NCBI GenBank assembly: GCA_965541585.1
Contig: CBEUCH010000003.1
Span: 160,001 to 224,000 of the forward strand
DNA from: an uncultured bacterium
GTDB lineage: Bacteria; Zixibacteria; MSB-5A5; UBA10806
Length of the DNA stretch: 64,000 bases
Direction of reading: 5' to 3'
The position numbers were made by a program, and so were the translations under genes. The notes under the pieces were generated by a model that was not told the DNA's origin, made no database searches, and saw only the letters and a program-made list of their open reading frames with translations. This document shows, one piece after another, positions 26,618 through 36,258 of the stretch (position 1 is its first letter; each line of letters opens with the position of its first letter).

Positions 26618-28183
26618 ATGCTTTTTGCGACAAAAGTAAAGAGAATCTATCCTTATCTGCATGCTTTTTTGCTTACCGCGGGTTTTCTGTGGTGCTATCT
26701 GGGCGGACTGGCATCCGATCTGAGAGATCTAATTCTCTTCGCTCTATTGACTTATGCCATTCTGATCCTCGTATTTAATTGGCTGCATTCAAGGAAATAT
26801 TTCAGCGCAGATAGACTATATTTTGTGAGCCAGTTTTTTGACGCTGCCATTATCGCAGTGTTGATTCGACATACGGGAGGGCTGGACTCAGAATTTTACC
26901 TGGCGTTTTTTCCCGTAGTCGCCCTGGCATCGATATTTTATAGCGGCTGGCGTTCCCTGGTGGGGGCTTTATGGTATGGCTTTTGTTATCTTCTCGCCAT
27001 TTACAATACCGAATTCTGGACGGACGGCTGGCAGATAGGTTTCTTTCGCCTGGCTGCCATCCTGTCTGCAGGTCTCGTTACCAATGCGGTAGCACACTTC
27101 ATGCGCTCCTCGGAAAAGAAGCTGCTCAAAACGCTGGATACGCTCAACGAGCGAACCTGGGAGCTGGAATCGTCGCAGCTCCAGCTCTCCAATATCTACG
27201 AGACGACGAGGGCGCTCTCGGGAATCCTGGATATGGACCAGCTGCTCGAGGAGGTCTTGATAGTATCCCAGAGAATCTTCAGATTTCAGAAATGCCAGAT
27301 CTTCCTTTCCAATATAACGGGCGATTGTCTGTATCTTTACGCCACTCTGGAAAATGGGAATCGCCATATATTTGAAGACCCTATTCCTCATGGAAGAGAT
27401 ATAAGTGGTCTTATGGAGATGCAGGATCAGAGCTCAATGATCAGGCAGCTGAACCGCAAGAATCGCGATAGCGGCTCCAATCAGGTTGATATCCCGTTGC
27501 TCTCCCGGGGAAAAGTACTCGGCATAATGCAGATAAGAACCGAAACGGGGAAAACGCCCTCCGGCCGGGATAGACGCCTGCTGATGATTTTCGCAGGTTC
27601 GGCGGCAGTTGCCATCGATAATTCTCTATTGCACAAGAAGACCGAGGAGCTTACTATTATAGATGCCTTGACAGAGCTTTACAACTACAGGTACTTCCGC
27701 GCCAAACTCACCGACGAGCTAAGGAGGGCGGATCGATACCGTCAAAAGCTATCGATTCTGATGCTCGATTTAGATCACTTCAAGGAAGTCAATGATCGAT
27801 ATGGGCATCAGACCGGAAATCTCATCCTCCGCGAGGTATCCAACATCATAGAACAGTGCGTGCGAGATATCGATGTGGTCGCCCGTTATGGTGGTGAGGA
27901 GTTTGTGGTGATTCTTCCCCAGACACACGAGGAGGATGCTGCTATAATAGCGGAACGAATCAGGGAAACCGTGGAAAAAAATCATTTCCCAAACAGTAAT
28001 GGCCAGCGTGAAATCAGGATCACCGTCTCCCTCGGGATTGCCACGTATCCCGAAGGCATTCACAACTTAGATCAGCTTCTTGAGAAAGTAGACAGGGCGC
28101 TTTATCAGGCCAAAGCCGACGGGAGAAATCGGGTGTGCAGGGCGGAAAAAACCAGAAGGCGAACCGCCGATATGAATCAATGA
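26618..28183 (+). CDS. Membrane sensor diguanylate cyclase (TM + GAF + GGDEF)
   Basis: DALTELYN, DLDHFKEVND, RDID (RxxD I-site), RYGGEEF, ALYQAK. Confidence 0.92.
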   Translation: MLFATKVKRIYPYLHAFLLTAGFLWCYLGGLASDLRDLILFALLTYAILILVFNWLHSRKYFSADRLYFVSQFFDAAIIAVLIRHTGGLDSEFYLAFFPVVALASIFYSGWRSLVGALWYGFCYLLAIYNTEFWTDGWQIGFFRLAAILSAGLVTNAVAHFMRSSEKKLLKTLDTLNERTWELESSQLQLSNIYETTRALSGILDMDQLLEEVLIVSQRIFRFQKCQIFLSNITGDCLYLYATLENGNRHIFEDPIPHGRDISGLMEMQDQSSMIRQLNRKNRDSGSNQVDIPLLSRGKVLGIMQIRTETGKTPSGRDRRLLMIFAGSAAVAIDNSLLHKKTEELTIIDALTELYNYRYFRAKLTDELRRADRYRQKLSILMLDLDHFKEVNDRYGHQTGNLILREVSNIIEQCVRDIDVVARYGGEEFVVILPQTHEEDAAIIAERIRETVEKNHFPNSNGQREIRITVSLGIATYPEGIHNLDQLLEKVDRALYQAKADGRNRVCRAEKTRRRTADMNQ

Positions 28184-29163
28184 ATAGCAATTTCAATCCC
28201 GGAAAATTCTTCATCCTTGGTTTTGATGCCGTCAGGCCGGAAGGTGATTTTCTCCATCTGATTGAGAACTACCCCCCGGCGGGTTTTCTCCTCATGCAGC
28301 AGAACTACGAAGACCCGGAGCAATTGAAATCGTTGGTTTCCTATCTGAGATCGATTGTAGACGATGATGTATTGTTCGCGGTCGATCAGGAGCCGGGACG
28401 GGTCCAGCGATTCAAAAAGGGATTTCCGAGGTCGAAACTGCCTTCGGAATATCTGAAAGATAATTCTGTAGATCAATATAGGGTCTGGTGCAGCGGGACG
28501 GCTTCGATACTGGCGGAGGTCGGAATCAACCTGAACCTGGCCCCGGAAATAGATCTTACACCGAAGGCATCTGAATTTTCCGTATTGAACGGCAGATCCT
28601 TTGGCGGCGATTCGGAGAGAGTTACAGGGTTCGCCCGGATCCTGGTGGAGGAGCACAGGGATAAAGGAGTATTAACCTGTGCCAAGCATTTCCCCGGACT
28701 GGGGGCGGGAGAGTTTGATCCCCATGAGAAGATCTCGATCTCCAGGGAACCTCTTCGTCGATTCGAGAATTACCACTGGCATCCGTTCAGGGCCGCCGTC
28801 GGCTTTGGCGTGAGCATGGTAATGACGACACATCTGTTAGCCCCGTCGCTCGATAACGGAAACTGCGCAACGTATTCGAGGCGGATATTAAGCCATCTGC
28901 GCAAAGATATCGGACATACGGGGCCGGTTATCTCCGATGATCTGTATATGAAAGGAGCTGGCGGACAGGATCTCCTCGATCAATCGTCGATAAAATCGAT
29001 TCAGGCCGGCCATAATCTGGTAATCATCTCCCGGGACATTAACCTACAGCGTAAAGCCATTGAAAGAGTATCCTCGCTGGTCGAACAGGATGAGGCTTTT
29101 CGCCAGGCAGCGATGGAAAATGAGAGAATCATCGAAGAGCTTAAGAATGATATTCGATCATAG
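28180..29163 (+). CDS. nagZ: GH3 beta-N-acetylhexosaminidase
   Basis: AVDQEPGRVQR, KHFPGLG...DPH, ISDDLYM; next to anmK. Confidence 0.85.
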   Translation: MNSNFNPGKFFILGFDAVRPEGDFLHLIENYPPAGFLLMQQNYEDPEQLKSLVSYLRSIVDDDVLFAVDQEPGRVQRFKKGFPRSKLPSEYLKDNSVDQYRVWCSGTASILAEVGINLNLAPEIDLTPKASEFSVLNGRSFGGDSERVTGFARILVEEHRDKGVLTCAKHFPGLGAGEFDPHEKISISREPLRRFENYHWHPFRAAVGFGVSMVMTTHLLAPSLDNGNCATYSRRILSHLRKDIGHTGPVISDDLYMKGAGGQDLLDQSSIKSIQAGHNLVIISRDINLQRKAIERVSSLVEQDEAFRQAAMENERIIEELKNDIRS

Positions 29164-30301
29164 GAGCAAGAACGCCCTCAGGGCCCCTTTTCATATAATC
29201 GGGCTTAACTCCGGAACCAGTGGCGATGGCCTTGATGCCGCGCTGGTGCAATTTCGGCAAGACAAGCCCCCGAAAGTCCTGACCGGCGAAACCTTCAAAT
29301 ATGCGAAAAGTGTCAGAGAGAATATAATAAATTGCGCTGAGGCTGGCTTTGCCGATGGCCTCAGATGGCTTGAGCTCGATTCCGAACTCGGAAATATTAT
29401 GGGACGTTACGCAAAAAGATTCCTGACGCGAGTTAAGAAAGCAGGCATAAGAGCAGATCTTATAGGCTTCCATGGACAGACCATTAGACATCTGCCGTTT
29501 GCCTTCAAGTATCCTCTGACATTGCAGATCGGAGACCCTTCGTACATAGCACAGATCACGGGTTTGCCGGTCGTGGCCGATTTCAGAAGGTCCGATCTGG
29601 CTGCCGGCGGTCAGGGTGCGCCGCTGTCTCCGGTTTTGCATGAACGTCTATTTCGCCACGAGAAAAAATGGAGGGCGGTTGTGAACATTGGCGGTATAGC
29701 CAATATTACCGTTCTTCCTCCGATAAAGTCGCGCCGGTCACCGTTGGCCGGTGACTGTGGTCCCGGCAATATGGCAATAGACCTTGCGATGAAAAGGATA
29801 TACGGCAAGACATTTGACAAAGGCGGCCGCGCAGCGCTGTCGGGAGCCCCGCATGCTAAGCTTGTATCACAGATCCTGCGCCGCAAATTCTTCACATTAT
29901 CGCCTCCCAGATCGACGGGTAGAGAGCAGTTCGGGCGTCGATTTGTCGACGAAATTTTTGATAGACTGGGGAAAACCACGGGGCAGGATGTTATCTCTAC
30001 AATTACTGAGATCACCGTCGGAGGGATTGCAGATTTTCTGAACCGCTTTGCGAAAAAAGTCGACGATATATATCTTTGCGGAGGGGGAGCGAAAAACGAG
30101 TATATTGTCTCACGCTTGAGGCAGTTATTTCCGCGAATGCGAATTGAAACAACGGCGGCGTTGGGTTACGATCCGGATTATTTGGAAGCCGTGCTCTGGG
30201 CTTATTTAGCCTGTTGCTTCCTGATAAAGAGACCTATCGATACCTCCGGATTTACCGGCGCGACCAGGCCATACATATCAGGGAGACTATGCTTTTCTTG
30301 A
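29147..30301 (+). CDS. anmK: Anhydro-N-acetylmuramic acid kinase
   Basis: GLNSGTSGDGLD, GFHGQT, DFRRSDLAAGGQGAPL, NIGGIAN, DCGPGN, STGRE. Confidence 0.93.
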   Translation: MIFDHRSKNALRAPFHIIGLNSGTSGDGLDAALVQFRQDKPPKVLTGETFKYAKSVRENIINCAEAGFADGLRWLELDSELGNIMGRYAKRFLTRVKKAGIRADLIGFHGQTIRHLPFAFKYPLTLQIGDPSYIAQITGLPVVADFRRSDLAAGGQGAPLSPVLHERLFRHEKKWRAVVNIGGIANITVLPPIKSRRSPLAGDCGPGNMAIDLAMKRIYGKTFDKGGRAALSGAPHAKLVSQILRRKFFTLSPPRSTGREQFGRRFVDEIFDRLGKTTGQDVISTITEITVGGIADFLNRFAKKVDDIYLCGGGAKNEYIVSRLRQLFPRMRIETTAALGYDPDYLEAVLWAYLACCFLIKRPIDTSGFTGATRPYISGRLCFS

Positions 30302-31530
30302 GATTCATATCAGCCATTTTGTTCCTTTGCTCGGTGGCTTTTGGATTTTCCGCCAGGAAACCCGAGATTCCTCCTCTGGCAGAATTTGAAAAAGAAATCC
30401 CGGTTCAATTATACGAGGGCCTCAGCGTGCGGATCGAAGTTCAGGGATCTGTGGCTCTGGAATGTTATCGAGGCGTGAAACTATCCGAGGTCTATTATTT
30501 TTCGTCGGATATCAATCTGGGGCACAAAGAAAACGGCATAGAGGTCTTTGATCATAACGGACAATTAACCTCCGGGCTGACCGAAGTTAGATGTAAACCG
30601 CGGAATAAATCAACCTCTCTGGGATTCAACGGAAAGGCCTATCGAGGCCATCTGCGTGGAGTGTTCAGCGACAGGCCGGAGGGGATTATCCTCCTCAACA
30701 TGGTCGATATTGAGGATTATCTGATGGGTGTTCTCCCCGGAGAGATCGGGGATCGGACCGAGGAGGAATTCGAGGCCGCTAAGGCGCAGGCGGTGGCAGC
30801 ACGCACATATGCAGTGTGGAAATTGACCAACGATGGAACCAGCGGCACGCTTTTTCCTACAATTGCCGATCAATTATACTTGGGGAAAGACTCGGAGATG
30901 GAGCTTCTTTCCAAAGCTGTCCTGGAAACCGGGGGAGAGATCATGACCTATGATAACCAGCCCATAGCGGCGTACTACCACGCAGTCTGCGGTGGTCGCA
31001 CATCGGCTATCGAGGATATCTGGCCGGGAAGAGGGAAATCGGTATATCTCGTCGGCACGGATGACGATGACTATTGCGCCTGGGCTAAAACCTATTCATG
31101 GGCCGAGACCTTTGATGATTCAACCCTGCTGGAAAACCTGAACGCCTACTTCGCCGGTCGGTCGGGCCAGGAGGCTGCTAATCTCAAAGAACTTATGGAT
31201 ATCGAGTTTTCTACTGATGGATCGTCGGAACGAGTGGTGGAGATGAAGATCTTCACTGAAAATGAAGTATTGGTTGTGGGAAAAGACCAGATCCGATGGG
31301 CCCTGGGAAGACCGTCTTCACCCGGGACGATCTTGCCGTCCACAAGATTCAAAGCCGTGAAGAGTCGTGACGGCAATGGTCTTTTACAGCTTGCCATAAC
31401 GGGAACCGGCAACGGCCATGGTGTTGGTGCCTGTCAGTGCGGTGTTATCGGCAGGGCACGGGCCGGTCAGAAATACGATCGGATTCTCAAAGCCTACTAT
31501 AAGCATATAGAAATCGAGAAGATCTATTAA
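30289..31530 (+). CDS. SpoIID/LytB domain lytic transglycosylase-like protein
   Basis: EDYLMGVLPGEI, KAQAVAARTY, YHAVCGG, GNGHGVGACQ. Confidence 0.9.
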   Translation: MLFLRFISAILFLCSVAFGFSARKPEIPPLAEFEKEIPVQLYEGLSVRIEVQGSVALECYRGVKLSEVYYFSSDINLGHKENGIEVFDHNGQLTSGLTEVRCKPRNKSTSLGFNGKAYRGHLRGVFSDRPEGIILLNMVDIEDYLMGVLPGEIGDRTEEEFEAAKAQAVAARTYAVWKLTNDGTSGTLFPTIADQLYLGKDSEMELLSKAVLETGGEIMTYDNQPIAAYYHAVCGGRTSAIEDIWPGRGKSVYLVGTDDDDYCAWAKTYSWAETFDDSTLLENLNAYFAGRSGQEAANLKELMDIEFSTDGSSERVVEMKIFTENEVLVVGKDQIRWALGRPSSPGTILPSTRFKAVKSRDGNGLLQLAITGTGNGHGVGACQCGVIGRARAGQKYDRILKAYYKHIEIEKIY

Positions 31531-31577
31531 ATGCCGGATGTTATCATAAGCATAGTGGCGTAGTTGTCCTGAGAAAT

Positions 31578-32375
31578 CTGAAGGATGATTCAATCGAGGT
31601 CAATATCCGGGACAAAACTTTAAAGATTGCTCTTTTGCAGGATGGGCCCGGGTCGGGGATACGGAAATCCTTTATGGATAAGCTGATTGCCGAACCTCCG
31701 GATATACTGGCCCTCCCCGAATATTATTTCGTGGTATCAGCGTATGAAAGCGTCGTCGATTCTTCCTTCAGAAGTGACAAAATAATCGTGCAACTGAAAG
31801 AACTCTCGTCCGCGCTGGGATGTATCCTGGTGGGCGGGAGTATAGTAGAGCGTGTAAACGGGAATTATTATAATCGCTCTTATCTGTTGGATTCGGGTCA
31901 GATTATCGGTTCTTACGATAAGATTCATCCCTATGATAACGAGGGCCGTGGCCTGATAAGAGAGGGAACGGAATATAAGGTTTTCGAGGTCCGCGGTCTC
32001 AGAATCGGCATACTTATCTGCGCTGATGTTCTCTACCGGGGATCCTTTGAAAATATCAGGGGACTTAAGCCCGATCTGATATTTGTTCCCACGACCTCGC
32101 CATATAGATCCCGCGAAAGTACGAGCATCAAGTTCGCCAGGGACATGCGGATATTTGCCCGCGGGGCGAGCAGGGCAAACTCAATCATCTTCAAAATCTG
32201 CGCTTCGGGATCCATCGTCGGCCACAGGCTGCAGGGGCGCAGCCTCATCGCCTCGCCCGGGAAAATCCTGTGGAGAATCGAACCTGAATTCGAGGATAGA
32301 GCGGCTTTGATTGTTGCAGAACTCACCGGTGATACATCGGCTCCACGCCTTGACATTACGGTCAATCGTGCTTAA
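31578..32375 (+). CDS. Carbon-nitrogen hydrolase (nitrilase superfamily); start uncertain
   Basis: LPEY, YDKIH, ICAD (E-K-C triad); the KIALLQ strand lies upstream of the first TTG, so a CTG start at 31578 is proposed. Confidence 0.82.
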   Translation: MKDDSIEVNIRDKTLKIALLQDGPGSGIRKSFMDKLIAEPPDILALPEYYFVVSAYESVVDSSFRSDKIIVQLKELSSALGCILVGGSIVERVNGNYYNRSYLLDSGQIIGSYDKIHPYDNEGRGLIREGTEYKVFEVRGLRIGILICADVLYRGSFENIRGLKPDLIFVPTTSPYRSRESTSIKFARDMRIFARGASRANSIIFKICASGSIVGHRLQGRSLIASPGKILWRIEPEFEDRAALIVAELTGDTSAPRLDITVNRA

Positions 32376-32384
32376 CTTCGATGG

Positions 32385-32825
32385 ATGAGTTCATTCAGGC
32401 CCGTCGATGTCAGAATCATTGTATTTCTATCAATACTGGTCCTGATCGGATCGGTTTTAACCCTGCTTAAGAGACAGGGTGCTCTTTCAGATCTGGATTT
32501 AGGAATATTCCTGGAAAACGATCCTTATAGATACAGCTATAGATCGTCGGAATTTACGCCGGATAATGATTTGAGCAGCTCTGTTAAGGATAGCCTGGCG
32601 CAATCCGAAAGCGAAGCGATAAAAGCGTATAAGAAAATGAATCTGAACAGGGCGGGATTCTATGATCTCCAGAGCCTCCCCGGAATCGGGCCGGTGATTG
32701 CGGAGCGGATTCTGGCCTATCGCGATAGTGTGGAGAGGTTTGAAGTGGTTGAGGATCTCTTGAAGGTCAAGGGAATCGGACCGGCGAAGTACAAGAGATT
32801 AAAGGATAGGGTAACTGTCGGGTGA
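32385..32825 (+). CDS. comEA: ComEA-like helix-hairpin-helix DNA-binding protein
   Basis: N-terminal TM; NLNRA...LQSLPGIGPVIAERI...LLKVKGIGP. Confidence 0.8.
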   Translation: MSSFRPVDVRIIVFLSILVLIGSVLTLLKRQGALSDLDLGIFLENDPYRYSYRSSEFTPDNDLSSSVKDSLAQSESEAIKAYKKMNLNRAGFYDLQSLPGIGPVIAERILAYRDSVERFEVVEDLLKVKGIGPAKYKRLKDRVTVG

Positions 32826-33667
32826 TCCTGAGCGTATTGCTAAAAAGAAACAGTCTGTTCTTAATGGTCCACAGGGGCGATGAGGGGCCGCCCGAATTTT
32901 ATCGTTACGATGTAACGTGGGAAGATTCTGATACCGACCTGTCCCGGGGCTGCATCTGGGATCAAACCGACGATACCGCAAGAAAATTATGCGTTGATGC
33001 CAGGAAGATAGTAGTCGTTCTTCCGGCATCGGTCTGCATGGCAAGAAAGATAGAATTGGATAATCAGCTAATAGATAAGATCCCGGATTATAAGAACTGG
33101 CGCGCTGGAATTCAGTTGCCCGGCGACTTGAGTATGTATTGCTATGGATTCATACCGCTGACCAGGAGTTTTGACGGTGGAAAGATCGAGACATTTTTCT
33201 TCGCCGCGCCTGCTGCCGTCGTGAAGCGGCTTACTAAAGCTTTATCCGGGGCCAACGATACGCGAAAGATTGAACTGTTTCCGGAGCATATAGGTCTTGT
33301 AAAGGTAGCTGAGAAATCTCTGGGCACGGACGATATCCCGCAGGCGGCGCTTATCCATTGTGACGCCGAAGGCATGGTGGTTGTTTTTATAAGAGATGGC
33401 AGATTCCATAATGGTCGATATTTCCCCGTCACATCTGGAAACAGAGAAGAGCTTTCCACCGATATCGAAACCTATCTTCTCAGCCTTTCCAGTCCGGATG
33501 AGTCTCTGCCACTGGTGATTACCGGGTCGGCCGAGAATTTCAAAACCGATTGGTCACCCATAATACCCGCTTTTCTGAACGTTCAGGACCTGGACTTCTC
33601 GCCGGTCTGGGGTCTGGCGGAGTTCGTTCATGCAGGGGGAAAATGCGAATTGTCGGCGGCATTCTGA
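32822..33667 (+). CDS. Hypothetical protein, possibly remote PilM/GspL-like actin fold
   Basis: Overlaps neighbours at both ends; motif spacing resembles PilM (by eye only). Confidence 0.55.
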   Translation: MILSVLLKRNSLFLMVHRGDEGPPEFYRYDVTWEDSDTDLSRGCIWDQTDDTARKLCVDARKIVVVLPASVCMARKIELDNQLIDKIPDYKNWRAGIQLPGDLSMYCYGFIPLTRSFDGGKIETFFFAAPAAVVKRLTKALSGANDTRKIELFPEHIGLVKVAEKSLGTDDIPQAALIHCDAEGMVVVFIRDGRFHNGRYFPVTSGNREELSTDIETYLLSLSSPDESLPLVITGSAENFKTDWSPIIPAFLNVQDLDFSPVWGLAEFVHAGGKCELSAAF

Positions 33668-34185
33668 AAGGGCGGCATATAGGGGTCCCCGGGGGGCGAG
33701 ATTTGAGGCCCTCTACCGATAAGACGCGGGGAGCCATCTTTTCTGTTCTGGGAGATGATATTATTGATTCGAAGGTGGCCGATCTCTTCTGCGGCAGTGG
33801 AGCCCTGGGGCTGGAAGCCCTCTCTCGCGGAGCAGATTGCGCCTTATTTGTGGATTCATCTAAAAAGGCAATCTCAGTCGTCAACCATAATGTCAAAGAA
33901 CTCGAACTGAAAACCAGGGCCGAGATAAGATCCATGGACGTCTTTGAAATCAAGCCATCGCTGCTCGAGGACATTTCGATTATCTTCGCCGATCCGCCGT
34001 ATAGAAAGCTCTACGGCGATAAGTTGACCTCGTTATTATCCTTGAAAAAATTCGCGTATGATGGAATAATAGTATTGGAACATGAACGCGAATGGAGTTA
34101 CAGCGGATCCGAATTTCAGATTTTGAAGGAAATCGGTTTCGGTGATTCATCCGTGAGCTTCTTGCTTGCGGCTCGAAGAAGTTGA
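33643..34185 (+). CDS. rsmD: 16S rRNA m2G966 methyltransferase
   Basis: MRIVGG...RPSTD, DLFCGSGALGLEALSRGA, DPPY. Confidence 0.93.
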   Translation: MRIVGGILKGRHIGVPGGRDLRPSTDKTRGAIFSVLGDDIIDSKVADLFCGSGALGLEALSRGADCALFVDSSKKAISVVNHNVKELELKTRAEIRSMDVFEIKPSLLEDISIIFADPPYRKLYGDKLTSLLSLKKFAYDGIIVLEHEREWSYSGSEFQILKEIGFGDSSVSFLLAARRS

Positions 34186-34229
34186 TTGTTGCTTTTAGTT
34201 CGAACGATCTGGAGAAAAGGAAGCGGATC

Positions 34230-34712
34230 ATGAAGGATACGGCGCTTTATCCCGGGACTTTCGATCCTGTCACCCTGGGACATGTTGATATTATCAAAAG
34301 GGCCGCCGGGCTTTTCGACAAACTGGTAGTGGCGGTGGCTGACAATCCGGAAAAAGAAACTCTTTTCACTGTGAAAGAAAGAGTGGAGCTATTGGAAAAG
34401 GCCATGGGGGATATGGAGAGAACCAAGGTTACATCCTTTAACGGTTTGACTGCGAAGTTTGCCAGGTCGATCGGCGCCACGGCAATTATACGTGGTATCA
34501 GGGCTGTCTCCGATTTCGAATTCGAATTTCAGATGGCAATGATGAATAGGAAGATCGAACCCGAAGTGGAAACCGTTTATATGATGCCAACGGATAAGTA
34601 CAGCTATTTATCATCGTCCCTGGTTAAGGATATTGCCAGGGGAGGCGGGGATATTACATGTTTCGTTCCCCCGGCTGTCCTGGAGGCCCTGAAACAACGA
34701 TTTTCATCCTGA
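34230..34712 (+). CDS. coaD: Phosphopantetheine adenylyltransferase
   Basis: YPGTFDPVTLGH, RGIRAVSDFEFE, LSSSLVK. Confidence 0.96.
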   Translation: MKDTALYPGTFDPVTLGHVDIIKRAAGLFDKLVVAVADNPEKETLFTVKERVELLEKAMGDMERTKVTSFNGLTAKFARSIGATAIIRGIRAVSDFEFEFQMAMMNRKIEPEVETVYMMPTDKYSYLSSSLVKDIARGGGDITCFVPPAVLEALKQRFSS

Positions 34713-34755
34713 GTCATCGGGCGACGGTTGCATACGATTTTTGCGGAGAATATTG

Positions 34756-36255
34756 ATGAGCGAAGAAATTAGAGAAATATCGAAAGTCCGACGTGAGAAA
34801 TTGGAAAAGCTGAGGGCGAAGGATATCGATCCCTACCCGTTCAGATTCGAGCGGACTCACCTATCATCGGATATAATATCGGATTTCGATGCCCTGGAAA
34901 AATCCGAAAAAAAGATAAGCGCCGCCGGGCGTATCATTAGCTGGCGCGGTCACGGCAAGACCCTGTTTGCACATTTGCAGGATAGGGCGGGAAGAATCCA
35001 GGTTTATCTGCGTCGGGACGATATCGGGGCCGAATTATTCGAAGATTTTTCGCTTTTCGATCTCGGCGATATAATAGGCGTAGAGGGTAGTGTCTTTAAA
35101 ACCAAAACCGGTGAGATCACCATACGCGTATCGGATTTCGAAATACTGGCCAAATCGCTCCTGCCGCTGCCGGAAAAATGGCACGGCCTGCAGGATAAAG
35201 AAATCCGCTATCGGCGAAGGCATCTCGATTTGATAGTTAATCCCGGAGTCATGGAGACATTCAAAAAACGCACCAGGATTATCAAAAGCGTTCGCGAGTT
35301 CCTGGATGACCGTGGGTTTCTGGAGGTGGAGACTCCGGCTTTACAGGTCTTGTATGGCGGCGCCAATGCCCGTCCGTTCAAAACCCATATCAATGCGCTC
35401 GACATGGATATGTACCTTCGTATTGCTGACGAGCTTTATCTAAAAAGACTGATTGTCGGAGGAATGGAAAGAGTTTATGAAATCTGTAAGGATTTCCGCA
35501 ACGAGGGCATCGATCGAAATCATAATCCCGAATTCACGATGCTTGAATTCTACTGGGCCTACGCCGACTACAAGGACCTGATGAATCTGGTCGAGGAAAT
35601 GATGTTTAAGATTACTATGGATGCTCTCCAGAACGATAAACTAAAGCTTCGGGACAGGGAAATCTCTCTTAAACCGCCGTTTAAACGAATCTCGTTTTTT
35701 GGCGCCGCGAAAGACGTTCTGGGAAGCGATATAATTGATCTCTCGGAAAACGAGCTTAAAACGCTGGCAGGGAAGAAGGGGCTTGATATCGAGGGGGTCA
35801 ACGGCCGCGGGGCGGTGCTGGATGAGATTTCTAAGGAATTCATCGAGCCTGCCCTTTTTGAGCCCACCTTCCTTTTGGATTATCCGGTTGAGCTATCGCC
35901 TCTGGCGAAGAAGCATCGAAGCGATTCGCGATTGGCGGAACGTTTTGAGCTCTTCATCGGCGGAGTGGAATTCGGCAACGGCTTTTCGGAATTGAATGAT
36001 CCGGACGATCAGAGACAGCGGTTTGAAGCGCAGGCCGCCATGAGAAGATCGGGTGATATGGAAGCGCACCCGATAGACGAGGATTTCGTGCTGGCCCTGG
36101 AACATGGCATGCCTCCGACAGCCGGGTATGGACTGGGCATTGACCGGCTGGTAATGCTTCTCACCGGCAATAGCTCCATCCGCGACGTCATTTTCTTTCC
36201 TATAATGAGGCCGGAGCAAATTAGCGAAAACGGCCCGCCACGGAAAGACGGCTGA
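34756..36255 (+). CDS. lysS: Lysine--tRNA ligase (class II)
   Basis: LPEKWHGL, GGANARPF, YLRIADELYLKRL, FRNEG, GMPPTAGYGLGIDRL. Confidence 0.97.
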   Translation: MSEEIREISKVRREKLEKLRAKDIDPYPFRFERTHLSSDIISDFDALEKSEKKISAAGRIISWRGHGKTLFAHLQDRAGRIQVYLRRDDIGAELFEDFSLFDLGDIIGVEGSVFKTKTGEITIRVSDFEILAKSLLPLPEKWHGLQDKEIRYRRRHLDLIVNPGVMETFKKRTRIIKSVREFLDDRGFLEVETPALQVLYGGANARPFKTHINALDMDMYLRIADELYLKRLIVGGMERVYEICKDFRNEGIDRNHNPEFTMLEFYWAYADYKDLMNLVEEMMFKITMDALQNDKLKLRDREISLKPPFKRISFFGAAKDVLGSDIIDLSENELKTLAGKKGLDIEGVNGRGAVLDEISKEFIEPALFEPTFLLDYPVELSPLAKKHRSDSRLAERFELFIGGVEFGNGFSELNDPDDQRQRFEAQAAMRRSGDMEAHPIDEDFVLALEHGMPPTAGYGLGIDRLVMLLTGNSSIRDVIFFPIMRPEQISENGPPRKDG

Positions 36256-36258
36256 TTG

